From: Amoebidium appalachense
Taxonomy: Eukaryota; Protista; Ichthyosporea
NCBI GenBank assembly: GCA_963693365.1
Contig: CAVNZM010000010.1
Coordinates: 6,201,794-6,265,793 of the forward strand
Length of the DNA: 64,000 bases
Reading direction: 5' to 3'
Shown here: positions 49,153 through 62,794 of the stretch, piece after piece
Position numbering within the stretch: the stretch's first letter is position 1
How the letters are laid out: each line of letters starts with the position of its first letter
The notes under the pieces: generated by a model
Told to the model about the DNA's origin: nothing
Database searches by the model: none
What the model saw: the letters and a program-made list of their open reading frames with translations, nothing else
Made by a program: the position numbers and the translations under genes

Positions 49153-50147
49153 CTCTCGGCTAATATTTTTAAAGACACACCCCTCCATCCTTCTATTAGA
49201 CTTACATTTATTCGCACTTTTGTCTTCCCGGCATGTGAATATGGTTTACCCCTTCTCGCCGCTTGGATCAAGAAAGAGAGAACTAGAGCGCTTAAACCCC
49301 TGGCAAATTTCCTTGAAGCAGAAGTTGCCTCCTTTCTATCTAACAACTGTTGTAAACCTGGGCCTGTAACGCTCTCGATATATGGTCTGGTCCCAATAGC
49401 TGCTAGAGTATCCTATCTCGCGCTGAAATTCAATAAGCACATAAGCCGCTTAAAGAAGTATTTGCCCTCCCACCCTCTCTTCTCTATCCGACCTGTCCCC
49501 TCCTCACCTCTCCCCTCTTTCCTCCCCTCTCTCTCCCCTTCTCCCCTGGGCACAAATACAAATAAACCCCGCAATAGTGTGTGTGTGACTTTGGACTGCC
49601 ACTTACTTATTAAACATGTACACAATCACAAGATAATCACGCAATATAACAAATGGAAAAAGATACCACACGACACTAGACCCGATGAAAGCATACACCT
49701 TGAAAAACTAAGCCTTATGTCTCGTTTTATATTATACTGACCGCCTCAACCATATTGCCAAATATGGCACTCGCAAGTGTATAACACCTAAATACATATT
49801 ACCTTCCTGTAGAACTGGTCTTTCTCTAGCTGATGGTATTATTGATCAATTACCACGCTTTTACTGTACACGTGCTATACAGTGGAGATCTAATAAGTAT
49901 AAGGTGGCATCATTTGCATGCCCAAACAACACACACACACCAGTTTAACCGGTCATGTATCGCCAAATGTAGTTTGATAGACCACATAATACCGCAACAC
50001 ACACACGTCACATTCACAACAGACACCCAGAAAGATAGCCTACCTGTAAATTACAACATCCTTGATTTTATACTAAACACGCGTAACTACGACCTGTTTA
50101 TTAGATGTATTGATTGGCTTGAGAAACACATCACTACAAAATTATAG
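49153..50147 (+). mobile_element. Second, divergent 5'-truncated LINE fragment (frameshifted), followed directly by (CA)n
   Basis: The frame from 49153 gives RLTFIRTFVFPACEYGLPLLA...SIYGLVPIAARVSYLALKFNKHISRL...HPLF, colinear with the 47 kb ORF. C-terminus NILDFILNTRNYDLFIRCIDWL vs TILDHLINAAQYDIVIRCLNFL. Confidence 0.8.
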
Positions 50148-50167
50148 CGCACGCGCACACACACACA

Positions 50168-50232
<65 letters not shown>

Positions 50233-50264
50233 CCAGCTGATACCGAGTGTCCCGAGGGGAGCCC

Positions 50265-50314
<50 letters not shown>

Positions 50315-51959
50315 GGGGAACCCCAATTAATTGATTTCTCCTTGTAGTCTTTATGGTGTCTCGTAGAGAAAGTAAACCCTGATATATAGTCACCACCCGA
50401 CATCTATGTACGTGATCATGATATACCGCTGAGGGGATATTCCGAGCAAAACCCCCCCCCCATACCTGAGACTGGTTCTCTTTGCCTCGAGTAAACAGCG
50501 TAAACCCCGATTTCATCTACCTTAAGGTCCGGGGGGATATGGATTTTGGACCCCAGCGAAATTTTATTGCGCCCCGGCCGACTCAGATTGCGGCGGTTCG
50601 ATTGGATGCTGCTTCACCACAATAGATGAAATTTGGATCGCACTGAAAACAGGTGTAGATATATAGCGCAAAAACTGTCCGGTCGTTTTCTATGAAAATG
50701 AAAATACACTTATAAACCCCACAAAGTTGGTCTAGGAAGGTGCCCTTCCCATAGCCCGGGAAGGCCTGCGCCGCGGGCTGGTCTCCGGCGGTATAGTAAA
50801 AAGAGGTTTTTGGAAAAATTAAAAATAAAAAATCCGCTCCCGGGTTTCCACGCATTATACGTCACTATAATCAGGAGTCATGGGGCGAGTGGCCGAGCGA
50901 AACCGAAGTTATTTCGGCGAGCCGTCGGTTATTTTGGCGAGCCGATAGGCGAGCCAAAATAATCGACAAGGCGAGCCGAAATAACGAGGTCGAGCGAGGA
51001 CACGAGCCGACATGATCCGGTTACGATATGACCCATAAAAAATTCACTTTATTGATACATTATGCAAACTTTAACTCGGTTATTTGATTCATATATCATT
51101 ACATTCACATTTCAGGCTTACATTTTCCTAGTGATCGCTTTGATTGGCTAGCTGCGCACTCACCCATTAACCCGGTTATTCGATTCCTCTAACCCAATAG
51201 AAATGTCCATAGCCTGGTTATTTCGGTGAGTGCGCTCTAGGCCAATCACGGCAAGACTAACTGAAGTTAAAGGTCGTGTCGTCATCCAATCAGATCACAC
51301 CCCGACGCTCGGAATATCGTAACCAAAAAATAAAATACGCTTATTCTGAAAGTTTCAGAAAAATTGACCGGGCCATTTCCGCTCGACAGAAGAATTGTCA
51401 TCATACTTTAGACGTTTATGAGACGGCAGAGCTGTTGCCACGGGAGTCTTTGGGGTGATCAAAAAGAGCAACTAGGGTGATCGGGACTTCCAATCGTCTA
51501 ATCCGATCCAAATGGTGCGTAATGAATGGCGGGAAACTTGGTTCGGGCTTATCCAATAGAAGCTGGACTAATGCTGTTTGTGCGGTGATCAGTCAGAGAT
51601 AGCGTTCGCTTTGATTGGACACAATAAACAAGGGCAAAGCGACAACAGATACAGTGAAGATGCAAATGCCCGAAATACAGGAACAAATAGGACAGTAGAC
51701 AAATACAAAATACACAATGTAGAGAAGTAATGAATAAAGAATGGTCATGTTTTTAGATTATACTCATGGAAATACAAGTATTTTGTAAGAGACTCGAAGA
51801 TGTGATCTATATGATTGGATAAAGATCATGGATTACTTGTACATGTTTTTACCAGCTGCTAGACATAGTTTTGACTGGAGCTTCGTGTACAAAAAAAACA
51901 AATGGGAGCTACCACAAAAAAAAGACATATTGTGGCGCTTATAACCATTTTAGGCGGTT

Positions 51960-53100
51960 TATTCATGCTTTTAGTAGCACCAAAAAAACATTCTTTACCA
52001 TATATTGTCTACTAGCACTTATTTTGTGTGCACTTGAACCTTTTTTCGAACATTGTGTTTCGTGATCAAATTGTAAACCTGTTACCACCCTCTTTGTAAC
52101 ATGCCTAAGTATTTTCTCCCCCTTGACGCCCAGAACGTGTGTACAGAAGTGTGAAAAGACAAATAAAAGGGGTGCCATAGCAAGCCATGCTATATAAACG
52201 GGGGTACTCAAAGCTCTCTTTGGCAAAATACAAGAGTTCCAGCATTTTTCATTATTTATTGGACATTGACCCGGACAACAAAAAGGTCGCACTCCTGTCA
52301 TTCTAGCCTCACAATGGCACAGGAACGTTGAAGAAAAAAGAAGGGAAACGACAAACACACCGGTCCCTAAGCCCACACAAACACACCGGTTCCTAAGCCC
52401 ACACAAACACACCGGTCTCCTTGGCTAGGTGCCTGGGCCTTTGCAAGGAGCTATGCTATATGTGCACTGCGTAGTGTCGGCGTCATGCAGTGTTGGCAGT
52501 ACTGTTGGCGTCAGTCAGCCTACAATAAAGTCAGCCTGCCGAGCTGGCAGCTCGCGTCAGCCTTGCACACAGTGACAACTTGACAAGAATGGGCTTACGG
52601 CCCTACGTGAACGATCTTTCATGGAACGTGCAATAAGATCAGCGTGATTGCGCAAACACTCGATATGTCCCGATATCAGCTGCTAAGCAGTTTTCCGCTT
52701 GACGCCTGTTTCTCCCAGGCAGAAGTGCGAGCGAAAAAAGGTTTTGCGTTTGTTATATACTAGGTCACTAGTAAGAGCCCGTAGTAGCCAGAACATTACA
52801 AAGCGGACACATACTCGGACGGGGACTCTGAGACACTTTTATATGTTTTTCTATGCGTTCAACAGTTGCTGCCAAAGGGACATAGTTAGTGAGGTAGTTC
52901 ATAAGATAGATAAGATCTAGTCGAAACAATCCATCATCGGCAATACACCTTTTATCGAATGGGTTTGGAGCAAACAGAACGTACAGATATAAGGTGGCTA
53001 TGGATGTCATGTGCTTTCTGCATCAGGCTTTCATGCAGTGGCAAGGTGAAAACAGCAGTAGGACGCAAACAGGTGGCTGGTTTGCCAAAGATCTTTCTAC
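51960..53100 (-). pseudogene. Degenerate transposase relic, possibly Kyakuja/HMGXB3-like (KDZ-related)
   Basis: Fragments in order: CTFC...DDGLFRLDLIYLMNYLTNYVPLAATVERIE...CPLC...DLVYNKRKTFF...HCEAR...RPF...VYIAWL...KILRHV...NVFLV. These resemble my recall of HMGXB3-like blocks (DDHVILTLELCL...LQNHV, CxxC, DLHRKGVF, PF...ISLPWL, KDILRRI, HVFLM). Many stops and frameshifts. Confidence 0.35.
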
Positions 53101-53556
53101 CATCGTGGACCTAAAAACTTCTTTTGCATGTGTTTGGCTGCGTGTTGGTGGGGTGCCCATGAAAAAGTTCCAGTCAATGCCTGTGGCAAAGTGTTGCTAA
53201 GGCTCAGGACCACACAAGCTGTACATATACAGGAGGAAGGTGAGAAACTTAGTGGATTATTATAGACTGTCACTAATAACGAAATGTAGGAATGAATGCT
53301 GTGTTACCTAAACAATAATAGTCTGTAAATGAATGTTGACCAACTGTGGCATCATTTTAAATCAGCTCCAACATATGATACTGAAGAGGTCTCCTTCCTT
53401 TCCCGGGCATTTCTCCCTTCCCCCCCCCCCCCCGCTCCCCCCCCCCACACACACGCACAAACTCTTCCCTCCTCCTCCGCTCCCCTACCCTTCCCTGTCT
53501 CGGTACCCTTTCTGCCGCCTCGGCCCTCAGCAACCCCTATATCCCCCCCCCCCCCC

Positions 53557-53588
<32 letters not shown>

Positions 53589-53884
53589 TTCCCTCTCCGT
53601 AGTCTCCGTCCCTCCGTCAGCCCCTCCCCCCCCCCCCACACACACACACACGTGACACCAAGACCTTCCCCCCTCCTTACTCTCTGACCCTCCCCCGAGC
53701 CCCTCCCCTCCCCCCCACCTCCTTACCCTTTCGGGAATGGTTATATCCCCCCCCCCCCCTTCCTCCCCCCTCTCTCGCCTTCACACAACCATGCCTTCCC
53801 TTCCTGTTCGTTCTCGACCTTCCTCTAGCATCCCCCCCCCCCCCCCCTCTCCTACATGTTCTCTCCCTCCTCCCTCCCTCGAAA

Positions 53885-54240
<356 letters not shown>

Positions 54241-54345
54241 GAAGTTTTTAAGTTCTAAAATCATGAAATAATGAAATGCCAGGACAATCTGTGCCCCCCC
54301 CCCCCCCCCCCCCCCCCTCCCCTCTCCCCCAAGCTCTCTCTCTCA

Positions 54346-54378
<33 letters not shown>

Positions 54379-56449
54379 CCCCCCCCTCTCTCTCTCTCGC
54401 TCTCTCTCTCTCTCTATCTCCCCCCCCCCTTCTCCCCCCCCCCCCCCCCGCCCCCGCCCCCCCCTCCCCCCCCTCCCATCCCTTGCCTTCCCCCACCCCC
54501 TCCCCCTTCCAACGTCTTGTTCTTTTGCTTTCTTTTGTTCTTTTGCTTTCAAAGACTCATCTTCCGCATCACCGCTAGGCAGCTCGTTCGCAACTTGCAT
54601 GTTGCGTCGCTTTTCCTTCCTCATCATCTCATGATCACCCCGCTCACTAAGCTATTCTCGTATTTCCGTATGAGCGTCCGCCTTAATTTTTATTACACAG
54701 GCGAACCCGCGAAGGGTGTGCAAGAACGGGCTCTTTGGCACGTTCCAAGGGCAGACGATCTGCTAAAGCTCGCCATCTTTCCGATGTGTTCTAGATGAAA
54801 GTGGTTGAGCATAAGGAAAGTTTCCTAAGGCGCCATAGAGATGAATTCTTGCGCCCTGCGTTACTTTCGCGTTTTTTAGAGTTGTGTTCCTTTCCGGATC
54901 CCTTCTTCTTACTTTTTTGGAGTGGGTGCCCGTGGAGGTGGGGCAGGATGTGAGCGTGGATCTCTGAGGTAATCCAGAGCGTGTCTTTCTTCGTCTATGT
55001 ATTTTTTAGTTTACCCAAACGCAGCCAAACGCTCAAGTTAGTTTACCCTCTTCGATTGCAATATTGTCTCTTCATTTCTGGATGAGCCTATGAAACCATG
55101 GAACGTGTGGATCTTTTTCCTTGGGGTTTCCACACCACTCAGCTACACAGGCAGGCACCTTGAAAACTATCTACCACGATTACTATACAGATGCGTACAA
55201 AAAGCATAGGAGGTGTAAAACACATAACATAGGACGCGTGTACGTGTTTATTTGTTGTTAAATACTAAGTGTCCACTTTTCACACAGCCGCACCACCAAC
55301 ACTAAGTATTATGTTTTTCTGCCGCCGTCGAAAACACGAAATTGCATATGCTTATCGGCAGAATCGTGTTTGCGCAAACCGCACTGATCTCTATTTGGCA
55401 CCGATTCCGTTCCCGATTGGCCCATGGTCAGAGATGAATACCGTCACTATGCTTTAGTCCAATCGCAGTCGGGAGATGCACTTTTACCCACGATCGGCGT
55501 GATAAACAAATATTTAGACGTTTATAAATTCGAGCGATTCGATTGGTCCAAGGCCTAATTAGAAGATCCATATCCCCCCGGACCTTAAATAAGTTGCTTC
55601 GAACGTTGAGTATACATATAGCTTGCATTGTAACTTCAAAGTTGCGGACCGATTACGTAGCATGTAGATCCATTTCGCGCGCTTTTTTTTAAACGAATCA
55701 CAAATCTTTTTATTTGACTACATATGGCTATACACACGTTCCTTTCTTTTCCCAGCTTGGGCCGCCGGCGCCCGCCCACCGGCTCACCGACCCTTTCTGT
55801 GATTTGGAGCAAACCTCAATAATGGGGAAGCACACGATAATAAAGTCTGTGTGGAAAAGGCACATGGGTGATTGTGATACACCGTTACCCGACGGGTTTG
55901 TTAGTCCATTTAGCAAGTTTGGTTTCGTTTTTGACTTGTTATTTGGTGTTTAAAGCGTTTAGCTCAAGGGAAGGAGGAAGAGTATTAGTTGCTGGAAATT
56001 TGGAGTGGCAAGAAAAGAGTACCCATGTTTTGTTTTGTGTTTTGTGTGCCTGATACTCTCCAGGTTTTTTTTTGCTTCTTGACTCCATTTTTTTATGTTC
56101 TCGAAAGCTGGAAGAAGGAGATAGTAACATGGTGAGAAGGCCACCTTCTCCAACGAACGTTCAGCGGCGCGCTGTAAGCGACAAAGCGCCGTCTAGTGGC
56201 CTGCATGACCCACACTTGTGTACCTATGCCTGCCGACTTCACGGGCTTTTTTTTCCGCCCTCCAGCTGAGTAAAACGAGGAGTGTTAATCCTTTGCATTC
56301 AGCTACTTATTTCGGGCTCGACTATTATGTTCAAGTTTGTCTTTTGCTTCTGAGCTTCACTCGAATGTAGTGTAGGCTATCGTTCTGGAAAGGGTTGTTG
56401 TACACCTAGGTTTGGATTTGGGTATTTTTGCCCTACAAAAAAAACGAAA

Positions 56450-57275
56450 ATGCTGCACAATGCCGTAAGCATGAGAAACATAGGACGTCGTAAAACGGTT
56501 GGCGAAGTCCCTACACACACTCAGGTCTCCACTGAGTCACGAGAAAGACACGACTCTGTCAGTGGTGGCGAGGTTGTTACGACGTATACTTCTCCTGGTA
56601 AGTGAACCATATTTCATATTGGAATTCTTTTTTGAATACGCGGTTAATGCTCCTCTATTCTCTACATGGGAAACTTGATCTATCGTATATGGCTCAAGTA
56701 CATACAAGCTGTGTAGTCACGTCACAGTGGATGCAGTATAGTTGATGCAAATCTCAGACTCGTAGAGGTGTCACGTTTTTCTTCTTGAAAGTATATTGCT
56801 AGGTCTAACACACACTTTCCTTCGCACAGCAGAGGATGTTGTCAGCCACTACATGAGCATGTTACCACTGCCTGAGGAGCTGCAGGTGTTTGAGAACAAG
56901 ATGATGATGAAGGGAGGTAAGTGTGATAATCAATCAAGTTATTGCCGGTATGTTCTGTTATACTCGGTTGTCTTTAAAATTCATAACTGAAGGGACTTTC
57001 CAGGCTTTGCTAATCTATCACGTTGATTCCTTTTTTATTGAAACAAAACTAACAATAATTAGCCACTCTAAGGTATTAAATTATGCTCAGTTCTGTTAAT
57101 ACTATGCAGTCACACATTTTCCCGCCTTGATTGCTTGATAACCGTTCACATGATGACACCCACTTGGTCGGAGTGATGATATACCCACCGGGGAAAGGTG
57201 TTACCGGTTCTCCTGGTGGGTGGATGGGTTTGTGCATTTTTTATTTTTTTATTTATTTTTTTTTTTTTTTTTTTG

Positions 57276-57306
<31 letters not shown>

Positions 57307-57733
57307 TGGAGGGGGGGTAAGTTCTAAGGCACTGGGGTGAGCCTTTCGCTCCCTCAAGTTAGGAAAGCTGTACGAATACCAAAAAGGTGCCGGCAAGCGC
57401 CAAAAATCTCCCTTGTGTAACACTATGGCTGTTTCATCGCACAGCGCTGTCGTTTCCAAAAATCTACGGGCAGCCTCTGGGGAGAGAGCTTCTTCGCCGC
57501 TACTGCCAACGGTCAGAATACTCCTGCATGTTCGATTTCTCCGAGAAGGTATGCAATACACACTGTGTGCGCCAATTTTGCTATGTTTTACCGCAAATTA
57601 TATCAACCTCAGACTTGTAGCTTCTAACCTGTTTTCTGAGGGGGTAGGCACCTACTTTTACAATGGTCAGTGAATTGTCGTAACGGTGTTTAATGAGATA
57701 AAAAAGTTGGAGGGTTCAATACGTAAGGGGTCC

Positions 57734-57768
<35 letters not shown>

Positions 57769-57942
57769 GGGTGTGCAGAGAATTTCAAAAAACAATCGAC
57801 CGAACAATAAGCTTATTGTATTCGGTCACACCTCCACCATTGCTATTATTTGTGACCTTTCCCGGAAGTTCCCCTCCCCCTCCCCCCCCCCGTGCGGCTC
57901 CCATGGGCCCCCTCCCTCTTTCGCACCACATTCACCCCCCCC

Positions 57943-57975
<33 letters not shown>

Positions 57976-58080
57976 CCCCCTTCCCACTCCCCTCACCTCC
58001 CACTCCCTTTCCGCCTATAATTGGCTCTCGCTCGCCTCCCCCTCCCTCTCTCCCCCCCCCCCCCCCACACACACACACAA

Positions 58081-58154
<74 letters not shown>

Positions 58155-59629
58155 CCACCCCTCCCCTCCCCCTCCCCCCAACCTCTCCCCCCCCCCCCCT
58201 CCCCCCTGCCCCCTACATTTCTCTCCCTTTCCCTTTCCGAGTATAGTCAGCTCTCTCTCTCTCCTCCCTCCCTCAACCCCCCCCCCCCCTCTCTTTCCCG
58301 CTTTCCTCCCCTCCCCCCTTTTTCTCTGCCTCCCTCCCCCCACCTCACCCCCCCCCCCCCCCCTACCCCTGCCCCCCTCCCCCTTCCCCAACCAGGTTCA
58401 AGAGTACCGCACTAGCAGCAGGTACCAGCGGTCATCTTTGGCAGCCGACATCTTTTCGGTCTACATGCAGGATGAGGTAGGTCATTTGCTTGATCTGCTG
58501 TGCTTATTGGTGCCTGATCGGTACCGGAACATCTCAACCTAGAATCCTTCTATGAGACTCAACGGACTGATAATTTACCTTTAGCTCAAGCAGTAATTGA
58601 CCCGCACACAAAAAAAAATGCATCATTTTCATAAGCATCATTATTGCAAACACTAAGGAAGCGCACCCACCTATTGTACAGACAAGAGAGTCTGTTTCCT
58701 CGAGGCACATGCGGCAAGGACACTCAGCGGTGTGCAACCCACACACAACATCATGTGCGCACCCACCAGTGTTCAGGACATACACCGAGTGCACATGGCG
58801 AGTGCACAACATATAAGCACATACATACCTCGTACATACCTACATGTGTGTTGGCACAGCCACAGTCGTCTACACATGCTAATACACTCCGTAATGACAT
58901 AGACCAAATAGACGCGAACATATGCTAACAAGCCTTGTTGTGGTGCAGAGCTCCAAGTGCCTGGTGAAGATTTCGCTGTCTGAGGAGGCCAAGACAGGGG
59001 TTTCTGCACGCATGGATGCCAAGGACTATCCTGCTGACCTCTTTGACACGGTATGAAATCGTGTAGTGTGCAATGCTTACACATAGTCAGTGTGCGGTAT
59101 AAATTCTCGGTGGGTGCGGATAAGAGGGGGTGAGCAGTGGGCAGGCAGGCGGGCTTGCGCCCTACACGTAATGCTGAAATTATGTTTGCATCTGTACCTG
59201 TCTTGTTCTTGTTCTTGACGGTGCAGGTATCTTGGTCTAGTCACCTTGTAACAGGCATGCACTTGATGTGTACTTATAGGATTCTATATGCTCACACAAC
59301 CGTGCTTGCATATACCAAGTTGTCTAATGATACACGAGCGTCATGCATCTGACGTGGTGTGGATGTGATGTATGCAGGCTGATGCAGAAAACCACGACTA
59401 CATGGAAAAGGAAGCATTCCCTGCCTTCGTCTCCCGGAGCCACTTCTACCGTGCTTTCATCCAGTGGAAGGTGAGTATCCTATCTTCATGGACCGTGCTT
59501 CTTTATGAAAGTGCATGTTATCAGCTTTTGATCTTTTCACGAGTTACTGTGGTTGCTCATCCCTTTGCTTCTTCTTTATATTCCCACGAGATCACTGGCC
59601 AACCATTTTGGCTTCTATAAACTTTGTTA

Positions 59630-59682
<53 letters not shown>

Positions 59683-60786
59683 AAAAAAGAAAAAAAGAAA
59701 AGTAAAAGAAAAAAGGGGGTGGGGGGGGGTGGGGGGGTCCCGTTATGACGGAATCTCTTGCCTTTTTTTTTTTTTTTCGGCTTATCTGTTTATTCGCCGT
59801 TGTGGAATTGATGTCTTGCACCTGCACTTGCGGGTAGGGGGGGGGGGGGAGGGGGGGGGGGGGGGGGGGGGGGAAAGGATGGCATCGTGCCCAACAGAAG
59901 TTTTCTACCCCACGTTTTCTGCTTCTCTCTCGGTTGGTAACAACCAGTGCCTTACATTTGGCCTCCCCCAACAGTGGATCGAGTCTATGCCGGTCACCGA
60001 GTCCGACTTCACCATCACCCGTTTCCTTGGCAAAGGCTCGTTTGGTGAGGTGTATGAGTGCCGCAAGAAGGACTCAGGCTACATGTTTGCCGTCAAGCAG
60101 TTCGATAAGCGCCAGCTCGGCACCAGCAACCGCAATACGGCGTACACAGAAAGGGACCTGCTGGGCAAGATAAACCACAGGTGTGCACGGAAGATACGAT
60201 GTTGTAAACCAGTCACTCGTGTATGCTGCATATGTTACCTCGCAATACTGTTTTTTTTTTTTTTTTTTTTTTTTTTGCATTTGCATTTGCATTTGCATTT
60301 GCATGTGTTTTATGATGGTGGTGTTGGTGGTGTGGTGTGCGGGTGGGTGAGTGGGTGGGTGGGTGGGTGGGTGGGCGGTGGTGGTGGTGGCGGTGGTGTG
60401 TGGGTAAGGTTTGGGGGGGGGGGGGGGGGGGGGAGGGGGGAAGGGGGGGGGGGGGGGGGGGGGGGGTCAAGGTATGTGCTACCCAAAATAACTGGCGGGT
60501 CCTTCACAAAAAAAACCATTTGTTTTTATTTTTTCATTGGTGCAGGCATTGAATCCTTCTATTTGTTTAGCACAAAAACTTCCTCCAAGCGAAAGCTTCA
60601 TATTAATCCCAGTCTCCCCTTCCCCCCACCCCCTCCTCCACCTCCCCTCCCCCCCTTCCCTCACGTCCTCGCCTCCCCCTTCCTCCGGGACCTCCCCCCT
60701 GCCTCTTCCTTGCCCCCTCCCTCCCCCCTACCAGCCCACCCTCCTCTCCCTCTCCTTACCCCCCGCCCCACCCTCCCCCCGCCCCT

Positions 60787-60829
<43 letters not shown>

Positions 60830-61329
60830 TCCCCCCCCACCTCCCCCCCCCCCCCCCCCCCCCTCCCCACACACACACACACCAGGTTTGTTGTTGGGCT
60901 CAAGTACGCTTTCAAGACCAAGACCCACCTATGCCTCGTGTTGGATCTTATGACGGGAGGAAACCTTGCTGGGCATCTCAAACAGGTTAGCGTTGATGAC
61001 ATGGGAAGAAGACACAACGTTGTTTAGCTGTTCTGGACTTTTTATTTTTGGCAAATTTGGCGGCTTGTGGGTGTGTGTCTGTGTGTGTCTGTGTGTGACT
61101 GTCTGGGGGGGGGGGTAGTGGGGGAGGAGGATCACACGTAGCTCTCCCTTCCCCAAATACCTTGTTACCGACCGTCATCCTCCCATGTTACTACCTTTCT
61201 CTCTTCCCAATCAAGCAAGAGACCCCCCCCCTCCCTCCTCACTCCATGCCCGCCGCCTCCCTTCTCCCGCTCCCCCTCCCCCCGTGCCTCCCCCCGCCTC
61301 CCCCTCCCCCCCCAACAACGTATATATGA

Positions 61330-61426
<97 letters not shown>

Positions 61427-62366
61427 TATATGTTATTTCCTTTCAGTGCAAACCAAAGTTTTCGAAAAAGGCGCATTATCACCCACACTTATGCGCGTGA
61501 GCAGAACAAAATCTCATCAAGTTGGTTCCCTCAATCTGAGCTACCAAAAGGAAAGAATATTGTACATAGTTTTATCTCTACTAACACTGATATTCAACAG
61601 GCAGGGCACTATGAGGGAACCCAGCTGCAGCTATATGCAGCTGAGATTGCCTGCGGTCTTGGGCACCTGCACAGCCATGGCATCCTTTATCGGTAAGAGA
61701 GCACACCTGTCTGCACTGTACATGTACAGTGGGGGAGACGACTCGACGGGACGGGCCTGGGAGAGGGAGCAGGTGGGGTGGGTTGAGGTAGGCAAGGAGG
61801 AGGATAGAAAAGGGATGGACTGGGAGGGTGTGGGGAGCAGATAGGTAAAGATTTAGAGAGAACAAAACACAACTTCGAGTCTCAGAGGGCCCTGCCAAGG
61901 GGGGAGGGGGGAGAAGGTGTTTGGGTGGGGGGGGGGGGGGGGGGGGGGGAAGGGGAGGGGGGGGGGGGGGGGGGGGGGCAAAATGGACGGAACAAAGTGG
62001 TCACTGGGGATCTACGATGGGGCTCTAAAACTATCACACTAACATTGATAATCACTATCCACAGTGACCTAAAGCCCGAAAACATTCTGATGGATGCAGC
62101 AGGTGAGTGCATACCCATGCTCTTTTTTACTTTCAGCCAACCAACCAAGAGATGCAATCTCCTTTGCGTCATTCCTCAATCTTACCTGTTCAAAACTTTA
62201 TCCTTTCCCCGGCACGATGAAGCACACGGGTTCAAGCAGTATGTGATTCTGCAAACAGTAGTTTAAATCCACCCTGCCCGAGGGTAAAGAGAATGGGCTT
62301 AGCTGGATGAGTTTTGGTGGATGAGTGGGACGGCTGGGGTCGGCGGGACCGGAATGGGGGATAGGG

Positions 62367-62403
<37 letters not shown>

Positions 62404-62759
62404 TTGTACAGATGGGTAGGATGGGTAGGACTTCTGTCTCGTTGGATAATCCTTCCCACTTTCTGTTCTTCCCGACTATCTCAATCAACCTTCCCCCTCC
62501 CCGCCCCTCTCACCCCCCTCCCACCCTCTCCCTCTCCCCCCCCCCCCCCCCCCATTCCCCCATACCCCATCCCCCCTTCCCCCGTCCACGTCCACGGGTC
62601 TCCTTAGTCGGCAACACAAATCCCTCCCCCCCCCCCCCCCCCTCTCCCCCCCGTTTTCCAGTAACCTTCCCGGGATCACAATACCTTTCCTCCTTTTCCT
62701 TCCAGCCCTACCACCTTCGTGCTAGCTGCCGAACCCATCTCTCTTTCTGCCCCTCCCCC

Positions 62760-62794
<35 letters not shown>

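Noticed and set aside
52994-53200. Second GRK RH fragment (FLHQAFMQWQ)
   Set aside because: Only a few residues match and there are no flanking RH exons; the opposite strand looks more protein-like and lies inside the TIR element.
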